Counted from the stretch's first letter, positions 1-10,454 are shown. The stretch is DNA of 64,000 nt from Candidatus Bathyarchaeia archaeon (GCA_050014495.1 JBEKDF010000008.1:25587-89586), one strand, 5' to 3'. The notes: generated by a model not told the origin, from the sequence alone. Made by a program: numbers and translations.

Positions 1-678
1 GGTAAGACCCTCCTAGCAAGAGCCGTCGCCACGGAATCGGAGGCAAACTTCATCAGCATAAGGGGCCCCGAGATATTCAGTAAGTGGGTAGGGGAATCTG
101 AGAAGGCGATAAGGGAGACATTCAGAAAGGCACGCATGGCGGCGCCCAGCATAATCTTCTTCGACGAGTTCGATGCCATCGTCCCATCGAGGGGAGGCGG
201 TGGAGACAACCGCGTCACCGAACGCGTAATCAGCCAGATCCTAACAGAGCTAGATGGGCTCCTAAGCCTCCAAAACATTGTTGTCATTGCGGCGACAAAC
301 CGCCCCGACATGATCGACCCCGCAATTCTACGCCCTGGGAGATTTGATAGACGCGTATACGTTCCGCCCCCAGATTATGAAGCCCGGCTCAAGATTCTCC
401 AAATAAAGACGAAGGATATGCCTCTCGATAAAGTGAAGGTGGAGGAATTAGCGAAGAAGATGCAGGGTTACAGTGGGGCCGACATCGACTCCATCTGCCG
501 CGAAGCCGCAATCAACGCTCTCCGTAAGGACCCTGAGACTAAGAAGGTAACCGCAGCAGACTTCGACAAGGTCATGGTTGAAATAGTTCCCTCGATAACC
601 CCTGATACGGAGAAGTGGTACCAGGATACGAATAAACGAATCCGGGACCAACTTAAACCTCCGATGGACATAGCTTAG
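1..678 (+). CDS. cdc48: Cdc48/VCP-family AAA+ ATPase, C-terminal part (5' truncated by window)
   Basis: Frame open from base 1: [17 protein letters not shown] (Walker A), IIFFDEFD (Walker B), [19 protein letters not shown] (SRH). Confidence 0.95.
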   Translation, partial: GKTLLARAVATESEANFISIRGPEIFSKWVGESEKAIRETFRKARMAAPSIIFFDEFDAIVPSRGGGGDNRVTERVISQILTELDGLLSLQNIVVIAATNRPDMIDPAILRPGRFDRRVYVPPPDYEARLKILQIKTKDMPLDKVKVEELAKKMQGYSGADIDSICREAAINALRKDPETKKVTAADFDKVMVEIVPSITPDTEKWYQDTNKRIRDQLKPPMDIA

Positions 679-686
679 GTGATTAG

Positions 687-896
687 ATGGACGCGAAGCT
701 CATACCGTCGACGATCGTTGAGGCTCTCGGGAAGAGTGGAGCGCAGGAGTTTGACGATCTCCTAAAGCAGGTGCAAAAGTACCAAAGTGGCATTAATGAA
801 ACGGAATTAGGCAAGATCCTGATGGAGATGGAGATTCAAGGCCTCGTCAGGGTCACAAAGATGGCCAAGGGTAAGAGGCGTATAGAGCTCGCGTAG
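687..896 (+). CDS. Small winged-helix protein
   Basis: 69 aa, GGTGAT SD upstream; helix ELGKILMEMEIQGLVRV then a wing hairpin; lies between cdc48 and fen. Confidence 0.75.
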   Translation: MDAKLIPSTIVEALGKSGAQEFDDLLKQVQKYQSGINETELGKILMEMEIQGLVRVTKMAKGKRRIELA

Positions 897-908
897 GGGG
901 TCAATTAA

Positions 909-1946
909 TTGGGCGTCCAATTTGGCGACCTCGTGGAGCCCCGGAAGATCTCTCTTGACGAGTTGAAAGGGAGGTCAGTAGCATTTGACGGACACAACGT
1001 CATCTATCAGTTCCTAGCCATCATCCGTGGCCAGGGAGGAGAACCCCTCAAGGACGCGCAAGGCAACATAACTAGTCACCTCAGCGGTCTCATCTATAGG
1101 AATAGCAACCTAATGGAGGCAGGGGTAAGGGTGGTCTACTGCTTCGACGGTAAACCTCATGAGTTTAAGAGGAAAACCCTAGAGGCTCGCCACGAGGTCC
1201 GCGTAAAAGCGCGGCAGAGGTACACTAAGGCTATCGAGGAGGGAGATAAGGAGGGTGCTCGACGCTGGGGACAGCAGAGCGTCATTGCAACAACAGATAT
1301 CATCGGGGACGCGAAGAGGCTGCTCACACTCATGGGCATCCCCTGGATACAGGCCCCAGGAGAAGGCGAGGCCCAAGCCGCCTATATGGCAATCAAGGGT
1401 TCAGTATGGGCTTCATCCAGCCAAGACTTCGACTCTATGCTCTTCGGTGCGCCACGTCTCGTCCGTAACCTCTCCATAACCGGTCGAAGGAAGCTCCCCC
1501 GGAAGAATGTCTACATTAAAGTCGAGCCTGAGATGTACGAGTACCAGAAACTGCTGACTGAGCTCGACCTCACAAGGGAGCAGCTCATTGATGTTGGGAT
1601 TCTCATAGGGACCGACTATAACCCCGATGGCATAAGGGGGATAGGGCCGAAGACCGCTATCAAACTCATAAAGAAGCATGGTAACATCGAGGGGGCATTA
1701 TCCGAGCTACCGAAGGCGGAGTTTCCACACCCCATCGACGATATTCGATCCCTATTCCTCAAGCCAGACACCACAGACGACTACAGACTCGAGTGGGGTA
1801 AACCCGACACCGCCGGGATTCTAACATACCTCTGTGGAGAGCATAACTTCAGTAGGGAAAAGGTCCTAGCAGCCATCGAGAAGATGGATAAGGGGTTCAG
1901 CAACGCCACGAAAGGCGCGGCTAGACTCGACAAATGGTTCAGTTGA
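909..1946 (+). CDS. fen: Flap endonuclease 1
   Basis: MGVQFGDL, AFDGHN..YQFL, APGEGEAQAA, SQDFDSMLFGAP, GTDYNPDG.RGIGPKTA, C-terminal LDKWF. Confidence 0.97.
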   Translation: MGVQFGDLVEPRKISLDELKGRSVAFDGHNVIYQFLAIIRGQGGEPLKDAQGNITSHLSGLIYRNSNLMEAGVRVVYCFDGKPHEFKRKTLEARHEVRVKARQRYTKAIEEGDKEGARRWGQQSVIATTDIIGDAKRLLTLMGIPWIQAPGEGEAQAAYMAIKGSVWASSSQDFDSMLFGAPRLVRNLSITGRRKLPRKNVYIKVEPEMYEYQKLLTELDLTREQLIDVGILIGTDYNPDGIRGIGPKTAIKLIKKHGNIEGALSELPKAEFPHPIDDIRSLFLKPDTTDDYRLEWGKPDTAGILTYLCGEHNFSREKVLAAIEKMDKGFSNATKGAARLDKWFS

Positions 1947-1980
1947 CATGCTTTTAGGCTACACCTTACTCTATTGAGCC

Positions 1981-3252
1981 ATGGATCTCGACACCTTTTT
2001 CAGTAACGAGGTCAAGCCCGCACTCGGTTGTACAGAACCAGGAGCTGTGGCTCTCGCAACCTCCACCGGAGCGAAGTACATCGGGGGTAAACCTGATCGG
2101 ATAAGCCTCAAGCTTTCCGCGAACATCTATAAGAACGGTGTCAACGTGGGGGTCCCCAATACTGGCGGCCTCAAGGGGAATAGCCTCGCGGCTGCGCTGG
2201 GAGCGATCGCTGGCGACCCTTCAAAGGGATTACAGTCCCTCGCCAAAGTGAAAACAAATGATATGCGAGAGGCGGAGCGCCTAGTCTCTGCGGGAGCGGT
2301 CACAGTCGAAATAGTAGATGACGTGCCAAACGTATACATCGAGGCTACCTTAAACCAGGGCAACCAAGTGGCAGCGGTTATCATTTCTGAGAGACATGAT
2401 AATATCGTGGAAATCAGGGTAAATGGTGCATCAGTGTTGAGGGTGGAACAAGTTCACTCGTCATCGAGTCCAGACCTCGATTACGAAAAAGAGCTGCTGA
2501 GCTACAACATGGAGAGCCTATGGAGGATTGCAGGGGATCTTACACATGCCCAGGAGCTGCTGATGCTCGAAGGCGCTGATATGAATATGTCTGCCGCTTT
2601 GGAAGGTGTGAAAACTCCGTGGGGGTGTGGCGTAGGGTATCACTTTGGGCGATTATTCGCCGAGGATGATATACTAGGGAGGGTCAAGACGATGGCTGGG
2701 GCTGCTACTGATTTCAGAATGGGTGGTGGCCCGAGGCCCATCATGAGTAGCTCGGGTAGCGGAAACCACGGCATCACGGCAATCCTCCCAGTTGTTGTGG
2801 TATCAAAGAGCCTTGGAAAAAACGATAGAGAGCTTGCTGAGGCTCTGGCACTCAGCCACATCGTAACCAGGTACATTAAGGCCTACACAGGGATAATCAC
2901 ACCAACTTGCGGCTGCTCCATAGCTGCTGGCGCTGGCGCCACAGCTGCCATCGTCCGCCTCATGGGGGGTACTCCAAAGCAGGCTGAGGTCGCTGTAGCG
3001 AGTCTCATCGCATCAGTGATGGGGATGGTCTGCGACGGAGGCAAGGGGAGCTGCGCGCTCAAGGTTTCAACTGCCGCCGGAGAGGCTTACACTAGCGCCC
3101 TTCTAGCAATCTCCGGTGGAGGTGTAACCGACACACAGGGATTAATTAAACCAGACCTCAAGAACATCGCAGAAACGCTGGGGATCTTAAACAAAGAGGG
3201 ATTCAGAAACCTCGACACCCTCATCCTAGATGTTATGAGACGACAAAACTGA
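1981..3252 (+). CDS. Serine dehydratase alpha-like / L-cysteine desulfidase (CyuA/YhaM family)
   Basis: PALGCTEP, NIYKNG..VGVP, SSGSGNHG, CGC, GMVCDGGKGSCALK. Confidence 0.88.
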   Translation: MDLDTFFSNEVKPALGCTEPGAVALATSTGAKYIGGKPDRISLKLSANIYKNGVNVGVPNTGGLKGNSLAAALGAIAGDPSKGLQSLAKVKTNDMREAERLVSAGAVTVEIVDDVPNVYIEATLNQGNQVAAVIISERHDNIVEIRVNGASVLRVEQVHSSSSPDLDYEKELLSYNMESLWRIAGDLTHAQELLMLEGADMNMSAALEGVKTPWGCGVGYHFGRLFAEDDILGRVKTMAGAATDFRMGGGPRPIMSSSGSGNHGITAILPVVVVSKSLGKNDRELAEALALSHIVTRYIKAYTGIITPTCGCSIAAGAGATAAIVRLMGGTPKQAEVAVASLIASVMGMVCDGGKGSCALKVSTAAGEAYTSALLAISGGGVTDTQGLIKPDLKNIAETLGILNKEGFRNLDTLILDVMRRQN

Positions 3253-3375
3253 ATACTAGTACAAAATTCGAAAACCACTGTTGTCAAAAAATGTGTTTGA
3301 CTGAATGCAGCACCACGCAATTATTTAATCTACCAATCTTCCCAAACTAATCCATTGGTTCTTGAGGTCAGTGAC

Positions 3376-5106
3376 ATGGAGGAGATTAGAGTTGAGGGTG
3401 CAGCTGAGGGCTACGTTGAGATTCTCCACCGATATGGGGTGGACTACATCTTCAGTTCACCCGGAACGGAGTTCGTCCCGATCTGGGAGTTCCTTGCTAA
3501 GTACAACGAGGCGGGAAAAAAGCCTCTATACATGAACACGAGGCATGAGGGACTATCAGTCTCCCTCGCTAAAGGTTACTATATGGTGACTGGTAGGCCT
3601 CAGGTTCTGATGGCACACGTCCTCACGGGGATGTTGCACGGAGCGATGGAGCTTAAGGCAGCATACACTGACCAGATTCCCCTCATGCTGCTCGTAGGAG
3701 AGGCCAGAACACACGACGAGGAGGTATATGGTGGGACGCCTGGTCCTCATTACCTCTCCTTCACAGAAGTGGGGGGGCAGCAGAGGCTCGTCCAACCCTA
3801 CATGAAGTGGGTGGACACACCGGAGTCTAACGATAACATCCTCTCAACGATTGTGAGGGGCCTCGACATCGCTTCCACGGATATTAAGGGACCCGTGATG
3901 CTCTCTCTCTCACGAGAGCTACTCTTTGATAGGCGGGAGAAGATGAGGGTGCCTTACCCGAACCCAAGGCCATCGCAGGTTCAAGCAGACACTGAGGCAC
4001 TGAAGAAGTTAGCGGGGATGCTAGCCAAGGCTGAGAATCCTCTCCTCTACACTCGATACCTCGGAAGGAATCATGATGCAGTAATATCTCTGGTTGAATT
4101 GGCGCAGCTCGTTGGGGCACCGGTCTTCGAGACACCAGGTTACTCGAACTTTCCTACCAACAATCCATTGCATATGGGTGCCACTATGGATAATTACCTC
4201 GCGGATGCCGACCTCGTATTAGTGATAGACGCGAATGGTTGGCCCCCGTGGTATCCTCCCAATAGTATCAGCGAGAGAAGCAAGGCAAAAATCGTCTTCA
4301 TGGACCTTGATCCCCTGCAAGTGAAATATCCAGTTTACGGATATCCTGCTGACCTCCTAATAGCTGCTGATTCAAGACTCGCCCTCCCAGCACTAATAAC
4401 CGAGGTTCTAAGGGTAAGGGGCCTCGGTAAAGAGGTGGAGGATCGTCAGTTACGTTGGGAGAAGGAGCACAAACGTCTCCGGGAGAAATGGAGGAATGTG
4501 GCTATATCCACAAAGGATCAGTGTCCGATAAACCCGACTTGGCTCAGCCACTGCATAAATGAGATCGTAGACAAGGAGTTCATCCTAGTCCATGAAACGA
4601 TAAGCCATAGCACTATGATATTCGAGCATATTGAGCGACACCGGGTTGTGCCTGGGTCTCAGCTTGAGGCCACAGGCCCCGTTGCTCACACAGGGTTGGG
4701 TCAGGGTCTCGGCGTCGCCCTCGGTGCAAAGCTCGCCGCACCGGATAAGACCGTCATCGCCCTAGAGGGAGACGGAAGCTTCAACTACAATCCAGTTCAC
4801 GCATGCCTAGGCCTCGCCCAGGAGTACACTATTCCCATCTTAACTGTGATATACGATAACCAGGGCTATGCTGCTATGAAACACCACCCACGATACTACC
4901 CGAAAGGACATGCTTTGCAAAGCGGGAGGATCTACGGCGTCTACGCGAAGCCAAAGCCCAATTACGCTAAACTATCAGAATCCTTTGGTGGCTACGGGGA
5001 AGAGGTAACGGATCCATCCGACGTCAAACCCGCATTACTCCGGGCTCTACGACAGATAAAGAAGGGCAGACACGCGTTACTCGACATGGTACTGCCCGGG
5101 TGCTAA
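3376..5106 (+). CDS. Thiamine-diphosphate-dependent enzyme (acetolactate synthase / decarboxylase-like)
   Basis: YIFSSPGTEF, RHE, GDGSF...N ThDP-binding motif; ATG 3376 follows GAGGT (ORF track starts at 3355). Confidence 0.9.
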   Translation: MEEIRVEGAAEGYVEILHRYGVDYIFSSPGTEFVPIWEFLAKYNEAGKKPLYMNTRHEGLSVSLAKGYYMVTGRPQVLMAHVLTGMLHGAMELKAAYTDQIPLMLLVGEARTHDEEVYGGTPGPHYLSFTEVGGQQRLVQPYMKWVDTPESNDNILSTIVRGLDIASTDIKGPVMLSLSRELLFDRREKMRVPYPNPRPSQVQADTEALKKLAGMLAKAENPLLYTRYLGRNHDAVISLVELAQLVGAPVFETPGYSNFPTNNPLHMGATMDNYLADADLVLVIDANGWPPWYPPNSISERSKAKIVFMDLDPLQVKYPVYGYPADLLIAADSRLALPALITEVLRVRGLGKEVEDRQLRWEKEHKRLREKWRNVAISTKDQCPINPTWLSHCINEIVDKEFILVHETISHSTMIFEHIERHRVVPGSQLEATGPVAHTGLGQGLGVALGAKLAAPDKTVIALEGDGSFNYNPVHACLGLAQEYTIPILTVIYDNQGYAAMKHHPRYYPKGHALQSGRIYGVYAKPKPNYAKLSESFGGYGEEVTDPSDVKPALLRALRQIKKGRHALLDMVLPGC

Positions 5107-5178
5107 ACTCCTGAGGATACTTTAGCCAAAGGCACACCTTACTTATTGAGGAACTTCTTACTCAAGTAGGAGGATAAG

Positions 5179-5478
5179 ATGTTGACTGAGGAACATCTAA
5201 TCGAAAAGGTTGATACATCTACAACTAGAGGTCAAGGCTACAGGACGTTCCTTGATAAGATCGATGTTCATGAGAAGTGCGAAAAGTGTGGAGGCTTGCC
5301 CTACGACATCGTCTTCAACCATGATGGCGTGTTATTCAAGTTCTGCCTATACAAAATAGAAAAAGATGGGAAAATATTAGCTGAGACTGACTATGAGAAA
5401 CTCTACGCGTATACTAAAAAGGATGGAACCATGATGAGCCTTAGGAAGAAGAAATCGGGGAGCCACAGCACCAGTTAA
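5179..5478 (+). CDS. Hypothetical protein with CxxC
   Basis: AGGAGG SD; 99 aa; CEKC. Confidence 0.65.
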   Translation: MLTEEHLIEKVDTSTTRGQGYRTFLDKIDVHEKCEKCGGLPYDIVFNHDGVLFKFCLYKIEKDGKILAETDYEKLYAYTKKDGTMMSLRKKKSGSHSTS

Positions 5479-5554
5479 TATGAAGTGACCAACATTGAAG
5501 CCAATACCGTTACCCGAACATTTAAATGCGGATTAAAAATATTGAAAATTATGA

Positions 5555-5971
5555 CTATTTTTCAGTTGTTTTGCCGTCGTAGTGCTCCTCTTTTGCCAAT
5601 GCCTCAGCTTTAATGTGCCTTACAACCTTATCCTGGTGCTCAGGTGGAGAATAAATGGTATACAGTTTCAGTTCCTTATTCTTGGAGGTGTTAACAACAT
5701 TATGCTTAGCGCCAGCTGGTACGACTACCCCCATACCATCCTTAACTAAGTGCTCGACACCGTCTATGACGACCTTACCCTCCCCCTCCTCAAACCTAAA
5801 GAACTGATCAACGTCGTTGTGGGTCTCCATGCCTATCTCTTCTCCAGGTTTTAGGCACATTAGCACGAGCTGACTGTGTTTTCCAGTGTAGAGGACTCTA
5901 CGAAAATCCACATTCTTCTTCGTCTCACTTTCTAAAGAAGCCACATAACCCTTCACTTTAATCACTACCAA
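5555..5971 (-). CDS. Cupin-domain protein
   Basis: FRRVLYTGKHSQLVLM, GEEIG.ETH..DQFF, PAGAKHNV.N, YSPPEH. Confidence 0.92.
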   Translation of the reverse strand: MVVIKVKGYVASLESETKKNVDFRRVLYTGKHSQLVLMCLKPGEEIGMETHNDVDQFFRFEEGEGKVVIDGVEHLVKDGMGVVVPAGAKHNVVNTSKNKELKLYTIYSPPEHQDKVVRHIKAEALAKEEHYDGKTTEK

Positions 5972-6033
5972 ATAATTGGTTCATTCTTCGTCTATATTTA
6001 CCATTCGCACGCGCGAATAAGCTAGATTAGAAG

Positions 6034-6552
6034 TTATATTTTGTATAAATTAAATATTCCATAAACACTTAGAGCTAATCCTATTAAAAAAATAATAAGC
6101 ATAGCTTGATTAATTGTTACTTCTAACAGTTGATCTACTCCCCCCATAAAACCAATTAGGATCAGAATTAGCCCGACTGAACTGCTTAGCATACTTCTAT
6201 AGATTATCTCAGAATTCTCACTTTTCAATATAAACTTCCATCCAAGTTGTTTTTGTCTAAGCAGCAAATTTGTAAACGATGTTTGCATAGCTGGTTCCTC
6301 ATTTAGAGGTGAAATTGATGATGTTGATACTGCCCCATATAATATAAGAGATAACCCGGCTAATATCGACAAAGCCATACCAATTAAATACTCTAAGGCT
6401 TGATTGTAGTATTGCTGTAGCAGAGGATTTATTGCACCACCTAATTGTCCGATTGTAAAGGTTACTTGTTGATAATTTGGGAAGTAAATTATTAACCCCA
6501 TTACCCCGATGAGGACCAGAGTTAAGCCACCAAGCAATCCATCGCTTCTCAT
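6034..6552 (-). CDS. Hypothetical membrane protein
   Basis: About four hydrophobic segments; visibly AT-rich. Confidence 0.6.
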   Translation of the reverse strand: MRSDGLLGGLTLVLIGVMGLIIYFPNYQQVTFTIGQLGGAINPLLQQYYNQALEYLIGMALSILAGLSLILYGAVSTSSISPLNEEPAMQTSFTNLLLRQKQLGWKFILKSENSEIIYRSMLSSSVGLILILIGFMGGVDQLLEVTINQAMLIIFLIGLALSVYGIFNLYKI

Positions 6553-6692
6553 TGGGTAAGAATTGATTAAGATTAGAAATAAGTTTATTCGTGACTTGTT
6601 TCATTAAAGAACAATCGAATATTTATAAAAAATAAAGTAATTTGGGTCGGGTACATATGAAATGAATTCTATTTGAAACTTAGATTAAGAGG

Positions 6693-6719
6693 AAATCCGT
6701 CTCGCGTAGAGGCGGATTT
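6693..6719. terminator. Hairpin at the 3' end of the wHTH gene
   Basis: AAATCCGTCTC-GCGTA-GAGGCGGATTT, 11-bp stem with one imperfect pair. Confidence 0.4.
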
Positions 6720-7090
6720 TATCCAATTTCTTTTATTGCATCCTTTGTCTCTTTGGGGAAATTCTCCATTAGACTATTGATCATTTTTTGCACTATGTAT
6801 GTCCTGAATCCTGCTTCATCCATTTCAGGATAATAGACCCAATGATGACCACCTTTCCCCGTTTCTTCCTCACCCTTAAGGACTCCCCTCTCTCGCTGCG
6901 CCTCGAGGAAATTAATGACGCTGGCTCGGCTTATGGTTTCACCCTCCATCGCCTGGTTTACCTTTGTCCAAGCAATTCTGCTATTCACACCCTTAGGGCT
7001 ATTCCATACGACCTGCATCACCTTGAGTTGCCAGTTTCTTAGCACGGCATTGAAGCCCACTTGGTCAGTTTCGTATTCGATTCCTTTCAT
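6719..7090 (-). CDS. Winged-helix regulator (BlaI/MecI/CopY-like)
   Basis: QLKVMQVVW, ISRASVINFLE..RERGVL, GKGGHHWVYYP. Confidence 0.75.
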   Translation of the reverse strand: MKGIEYETDQVGFNAVLRNWQLKVMQVVWNSPKGVNSRIAWTKVNQAMEGETISRASVINFLEAQRERGVLKGEEETGKGGHHWVYYPEMDEAGFRTYIVQKMINSLMENFPKETKDAIKEIG

Positions 7091-7290
7091 TCCATTCAGG
7101 CGTGTCCTCTTCTATCTTTTAACTTTTTTTCCAAATTTCATCATAATATTGTGACTTTTCAAAGAATTAGTCTTTATTTCTAGAGAAGAAGTGAATGAAC
7201 TCATTTACACACACTTGGGTCAAGCGCTCTCGCGCGCTATGATTGTAAGAGCCCGCGCGCGCCTCGATATGTGGACACGCTGTATGAGGC

Positions 7291-9390
7291 TTAAGAGGGA
7301 CGAGAAACGGCTAGGTAGTCCTCGAGGCGGCTCTCCCTGACACCTCGTTCCTTCAGCGTATCTTCAATTAGGAAGGGGCTTAGGAGACTCATCACAGTCC
7401 TTCTGGCCACCTCGACGTACTTCTTGCGATCGTACATCCCATCAGCGTCTCCTAACATGAAGGAGGGCTTAACTCGGAGGAAGGGGTTACTGCTCTCCGA
7501 GTTCACGTAGATGTAACGGGAATTCCCCTCCTCCTCGGCTCCTAATAGGGCCGCGACGACATGAGCCTGTAGGCTGCGGTATTGGGTTAGCTCCCGTAAG
7601 AGTCTCTTGGAGATCACTAACTCACTCGCGTCCACCCGACCGCGGCGCAGGTCTTCGAAGGACCTGTTTGCGATGGCGAGGGCCCGTGATAGGCCGCTCC
7701 TCAAGACGCCCTCGGAGTCGTCGGCGTCGAAGAGGGTCACCATGACTCGCTCCTGTAGGCGGTTCATGTAAGGTGGTGTGTCGTGTTTGCGGAGCTCTAT
7801 CCCGCGATAGAAGAGGCTGCCATCGGTGAGCTTGCCGTAGTACCTGTTTGAGGCGCCTTGGAGGGGGTCGGTGGTCTTGCCGAGGAGGACGAGGAACCTG
7901 AAGTGTTTGTCGAGTTTGATGGGGAGTCCAGCGGCTTCAGCGATCTCTGATGCGAGCTCCTCGTAGTCAGCCTCTGTGGCGTCTCGTTTCTTGGTATATA
8001 GGGCGTCGGTGTTGCCGTAGACGATCTCGAACCCCCTGGCTAGGGCGATGTTGAGGGCCTTGACGAGGGCTTGCCGGGCCTGCCTATTTATCTCCTGAAA
8101 GACCTGGACGTTAGCGAACCTGTTGGCGTAGCAGCCGCTGTAACCATAGATGACGACTAGCATGAGTTTGAGGCTCGCCTGTCTCTGCTCGCACCAGGTC
8201 CACTCTTTGAAGCTAGGTTGGAGCAGTTTCCTCATGTGTTTGAATCTGAATCGGCGCTCGAGGGTTGGGCCGGTGAATTGGCCCATGAAGCCGGGTCGGG
8301 TCTGGTCGACGCCGTCCTCGGTGACGGTCTCGTAGCTCACGTTGTATCGGCTGATTATGCTGGGAAACATGGATTCGAAGTCGATGCAGCCGACGTTCTC
8401 GTGTAGGCCGACCAGGGGGGTGAAGAGCATGCCTCCCCTGTCGCGCTTCACCATATCCCAGGCGTTCATTGAGGAGACGTAGCCGCCTTTCATCTCGGGG
8501 ACTAGTACCTTCTGCCGGTGGGCCTCGTAGCATTGGCGGCTGTCGATGGTTTTCCCCGCCTCCCAGTCACTGCTCACTCCCATGGGAGCGAGGGTAAATA
8601 GGGAGCGTTCCTGGAGACCAGCAAGACCCATGTCAGTCCAGCTGTGGTAGCCAAGGATTATCCGACCGTGTGTGAGCTCATGTTCTCTGCCGAAGCCTAG
8701 ACTGAGGCCGTGCTGGGTAGCCTTCTGAATGACCCAACGTATCGAGTTGGTGTCGTCGAGGACTACGACGTCGGGGTCCTCACTCTCGAGTAGATTTTTC
8801 AGCTCCGTGAGGACGGATTCCTCGGTTCCCCTGAGGCTACTCAGGGGCATTTCGTCGGCGTCGTAGACGTCGACGGGGGTGATCGCTCCGGCGTCTGGGA
8901 GTTTTATTAGCATCGTCTTAAATGGGGGTGGTTCAACCCCATCGTCTTTGAGGGCTCTGATGCTCTTCAGGGTCCCGTTCTGTGTCTCGAACTCGCAGAG
9001 ACCGGTCGGTGCCACACCCCTCTCTATGAGGTACCACTGTATGGGGGATAGGCCGATGTCGAAGACCTCCTTAACTTCGCGGAGGCTCCTCGCATACGCG
9101 ATGACTTTGTCGAGGGACTGGGCGGAGTCGACCCTGACCTCCGCTACGGGCTCTAGTCGCTCCATGGAAAGTGAGGCGTATCTCTCGACGGGTTCGGCGG
9201 AGTGAACCATCTTATGCTCCTCGAGCCGGTAACAGAGGTCCTCGATGGCGAGACCGGGGGTTGGTTGGGCTACGAATCGGGGGCGGTGCCTCTCGGTGAG
9301 GTGTAGTGTCTCGCCTTCGACTGTTTTGAACCAGAGGTGGGCGTCTTTTCCCCGGATGTATGGGTCAAGCAGCCAGCCTCTGTGGGTCAA
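7291..9390 (-). CDS. polB2: Family B DNA polymerase, PolB2 (Dpo2-type)
   Basis: DFESMFPSII (motif A), KLMLVVIYGYSG (B), YGNTDAL (C), NRYYG, RGIELRKHDTP; degenerate exonuclease region. Confidence 0.9.
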   Translation of the reverse strand: MTHRGWLLDPYIRGKDAHLWFKTVEGETLHLTERHRPRFVAQPTPGLAIEDLCYRLEEHKMVHSAEPVERYASLSMERLEPVAEVRVDSAQSLDKVIAYARSLREVKEVFDIGLSPIQWYLIERGVAPTGLCEFETQNGTLKSIRALKDDGVEPPPFKTMLIKLPDAGAITPVDVYDADEMPLSSLRGTEESVLTELKNLLESEDPDVVVLDDTNSIRWVIQKATQHGLSLGFGREHELTHGRIILGYHSWTDMGLAGLQERSLFTLAPMGVSSDWEAGKTIDSRQCYEAHRQKVLVPEMKGGYVSSMNAWDMVKRDRGGMLFTPLVGLHENVGCIDFESMFPSIISRYNVSYETVTEDGVDQTRPGFMGQFTGPTLERRFRFKHMRKLLQPSFKEWTWCEQRQASLKLMLVVIYGYSGCYANRFANVQVFQEINRQARQALVKALNIALARGFEIVYGNTDALYTKKRDATEADYEELASEIAEAAGLPIKLDKHFRFLVLLGKTTDPLQGASNRYYGKLTDGSLFYRGIELRKHDTPPYMNRLQERVMVTLFDADDSEGVLRSGLSRALAIANRSFEDLRRGRVDASELVISKRLLRELTQYRSLQAHVVAALLGAEEEGNSRYIYVNSESSNPFLRVKPSFMLGDADGMYDRKKYVEVARRTVMSLLSPFLIEDTLKERGVRESRLEDYLAVSRPS

Positions 9391-9396
9391 GGCTCT

Positions 9397-10425
9397 TCAC
9401 TTCTGTTCGAGTCGGTTGAGGCGCCTCTCGATCTCGACTAGGTGAGTGCTGAGCTCCTCGGAGACTCGGCGGTCGTCTACGAGGCCGGTGAGGAGAATGA
9501 GGTCCATGAGGCTTAGGGACTCGGCGTAGCTTATGGCGCCGAGTTCGGCGCTCCACGCCTCGACTAGTCTGTCAAATGCCTCTCTCCTGCCCTGTTTGAC
9601 GAGGGCTTCCCGGTACTCGCTTCGGAGCCTCGCTAGGAGGTCTTCGAAGCTCATCCTTATGGGTGGCGTTGTTCTCCCCATGGTTGATTCATCCTCGTAT
9701 GTGTACTCCTTCGCGCGCTGGGTGGTGAGGGGTGACTTGAGAACGTAGGCGCGGTTGTAGATTGCCCCTCTCTCCCTTTTTCGGAGGTAGATGATGACGC
9801 CGGCGATGTGGTCGAGGTAGCTGCTCGCCTCGGGGACGGGGACAGGGCCGCTGTGGCTCTCCCTGGCGGAGGCGACGAGTGGGACCCCGGCCTCGGCGCA
9901 GATCCTCTTCATGGAGGCTATACTGCGCTGGACCTCCTCGTGTACGCGATCCCTGTTCCTCTTCCGAGCGTCGTCTCTACCGAGCTTGTATATCCCCTTC
10001 ACAAGGACAAGGCGTGTGTTATCACTGGATCTGATGACCCGTTCTAGCTCCGCTGTGAGGTTCGCCTGTTGGTCGGCGGATGAGGCGACTAGGACTCGGA
10101 CCCGTTTCAGGGCGTCCTCCGGCAGCTGGCCGGTGTCCTCGATTAGTTGGATTAGCGGTTCGGTGTCCATTATGATGTGTTCGACGCGGTAGTTGCCGCA
10201 GATGACGTAGACGGCTTCGGGTTTGGGATAATGGTCGGTGGGCTTGAGGCCGTTGGCGAGGAGGTGGGTGAAGAGGGTGTCCGTGAGCTCTTCCTCGCCG
10301 TAGAATAGGTAGAGGGTCTCGGCTTTGATGCCGCCGGTGAGTTCATCGAGCTGTAGACTGCTAGTGGGTATGTTTATTGCTTGTTGGCTGGATGCTAGCC
10401 GCTGGGCGTCGATGAACAGGGTCAT
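9397..10425 (-). CDS. Inactive RadA-like protein fused to PolB2-associated small helical protein (arCOG07300-like)
   Basis: LDELTGGI..ETLYLFYG with no GKT; C-terminal MGRTTPPIR...REAL....REAFDRL; ATG 10425 lies about 30 bp from TTTTAAA. Confidence 0.75.
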   Translation of the reverse strand: MTLFIDAQRLASSQQAINIPTSSLQLDELTGGIKAETLYLFYGEEELTDTLFTHLLANGLKPTDHYPKPEAVYVICGNYRVEHIIMDTEPLIQLIEDTGQLPEDALKRVRVLVASSADQQANLTAELERVIRSSDNTRLVLVKGIYKLGRDDARKRNRDRVHEEVQRSIASMKRICAEAGVPLVASARESHSGPVPVPEASSYLDHIAGVIIYLRKRERGAIYNRAYVLKSPLTTQRAKEYTYEDESTMGRTTPPIRMSFEDLLARLRSEYREALVKQGRREAFDRLVEAWSAELGAISYAESLSLMDLILLTGLVDDRRVSEELSTHLVEIERRLNRLEQK

Positions 10426-10454
10426 GAAGCAAGGAAGCCACACGGACCCGGCGA

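Noticed and set aside
1..678. AAA ATPase as the Vps4/CdvC partner of the ESCRT-III pair
   Set aside because: The sequence is typical of the Cdc48 D2 domain and lies 53 kb away.
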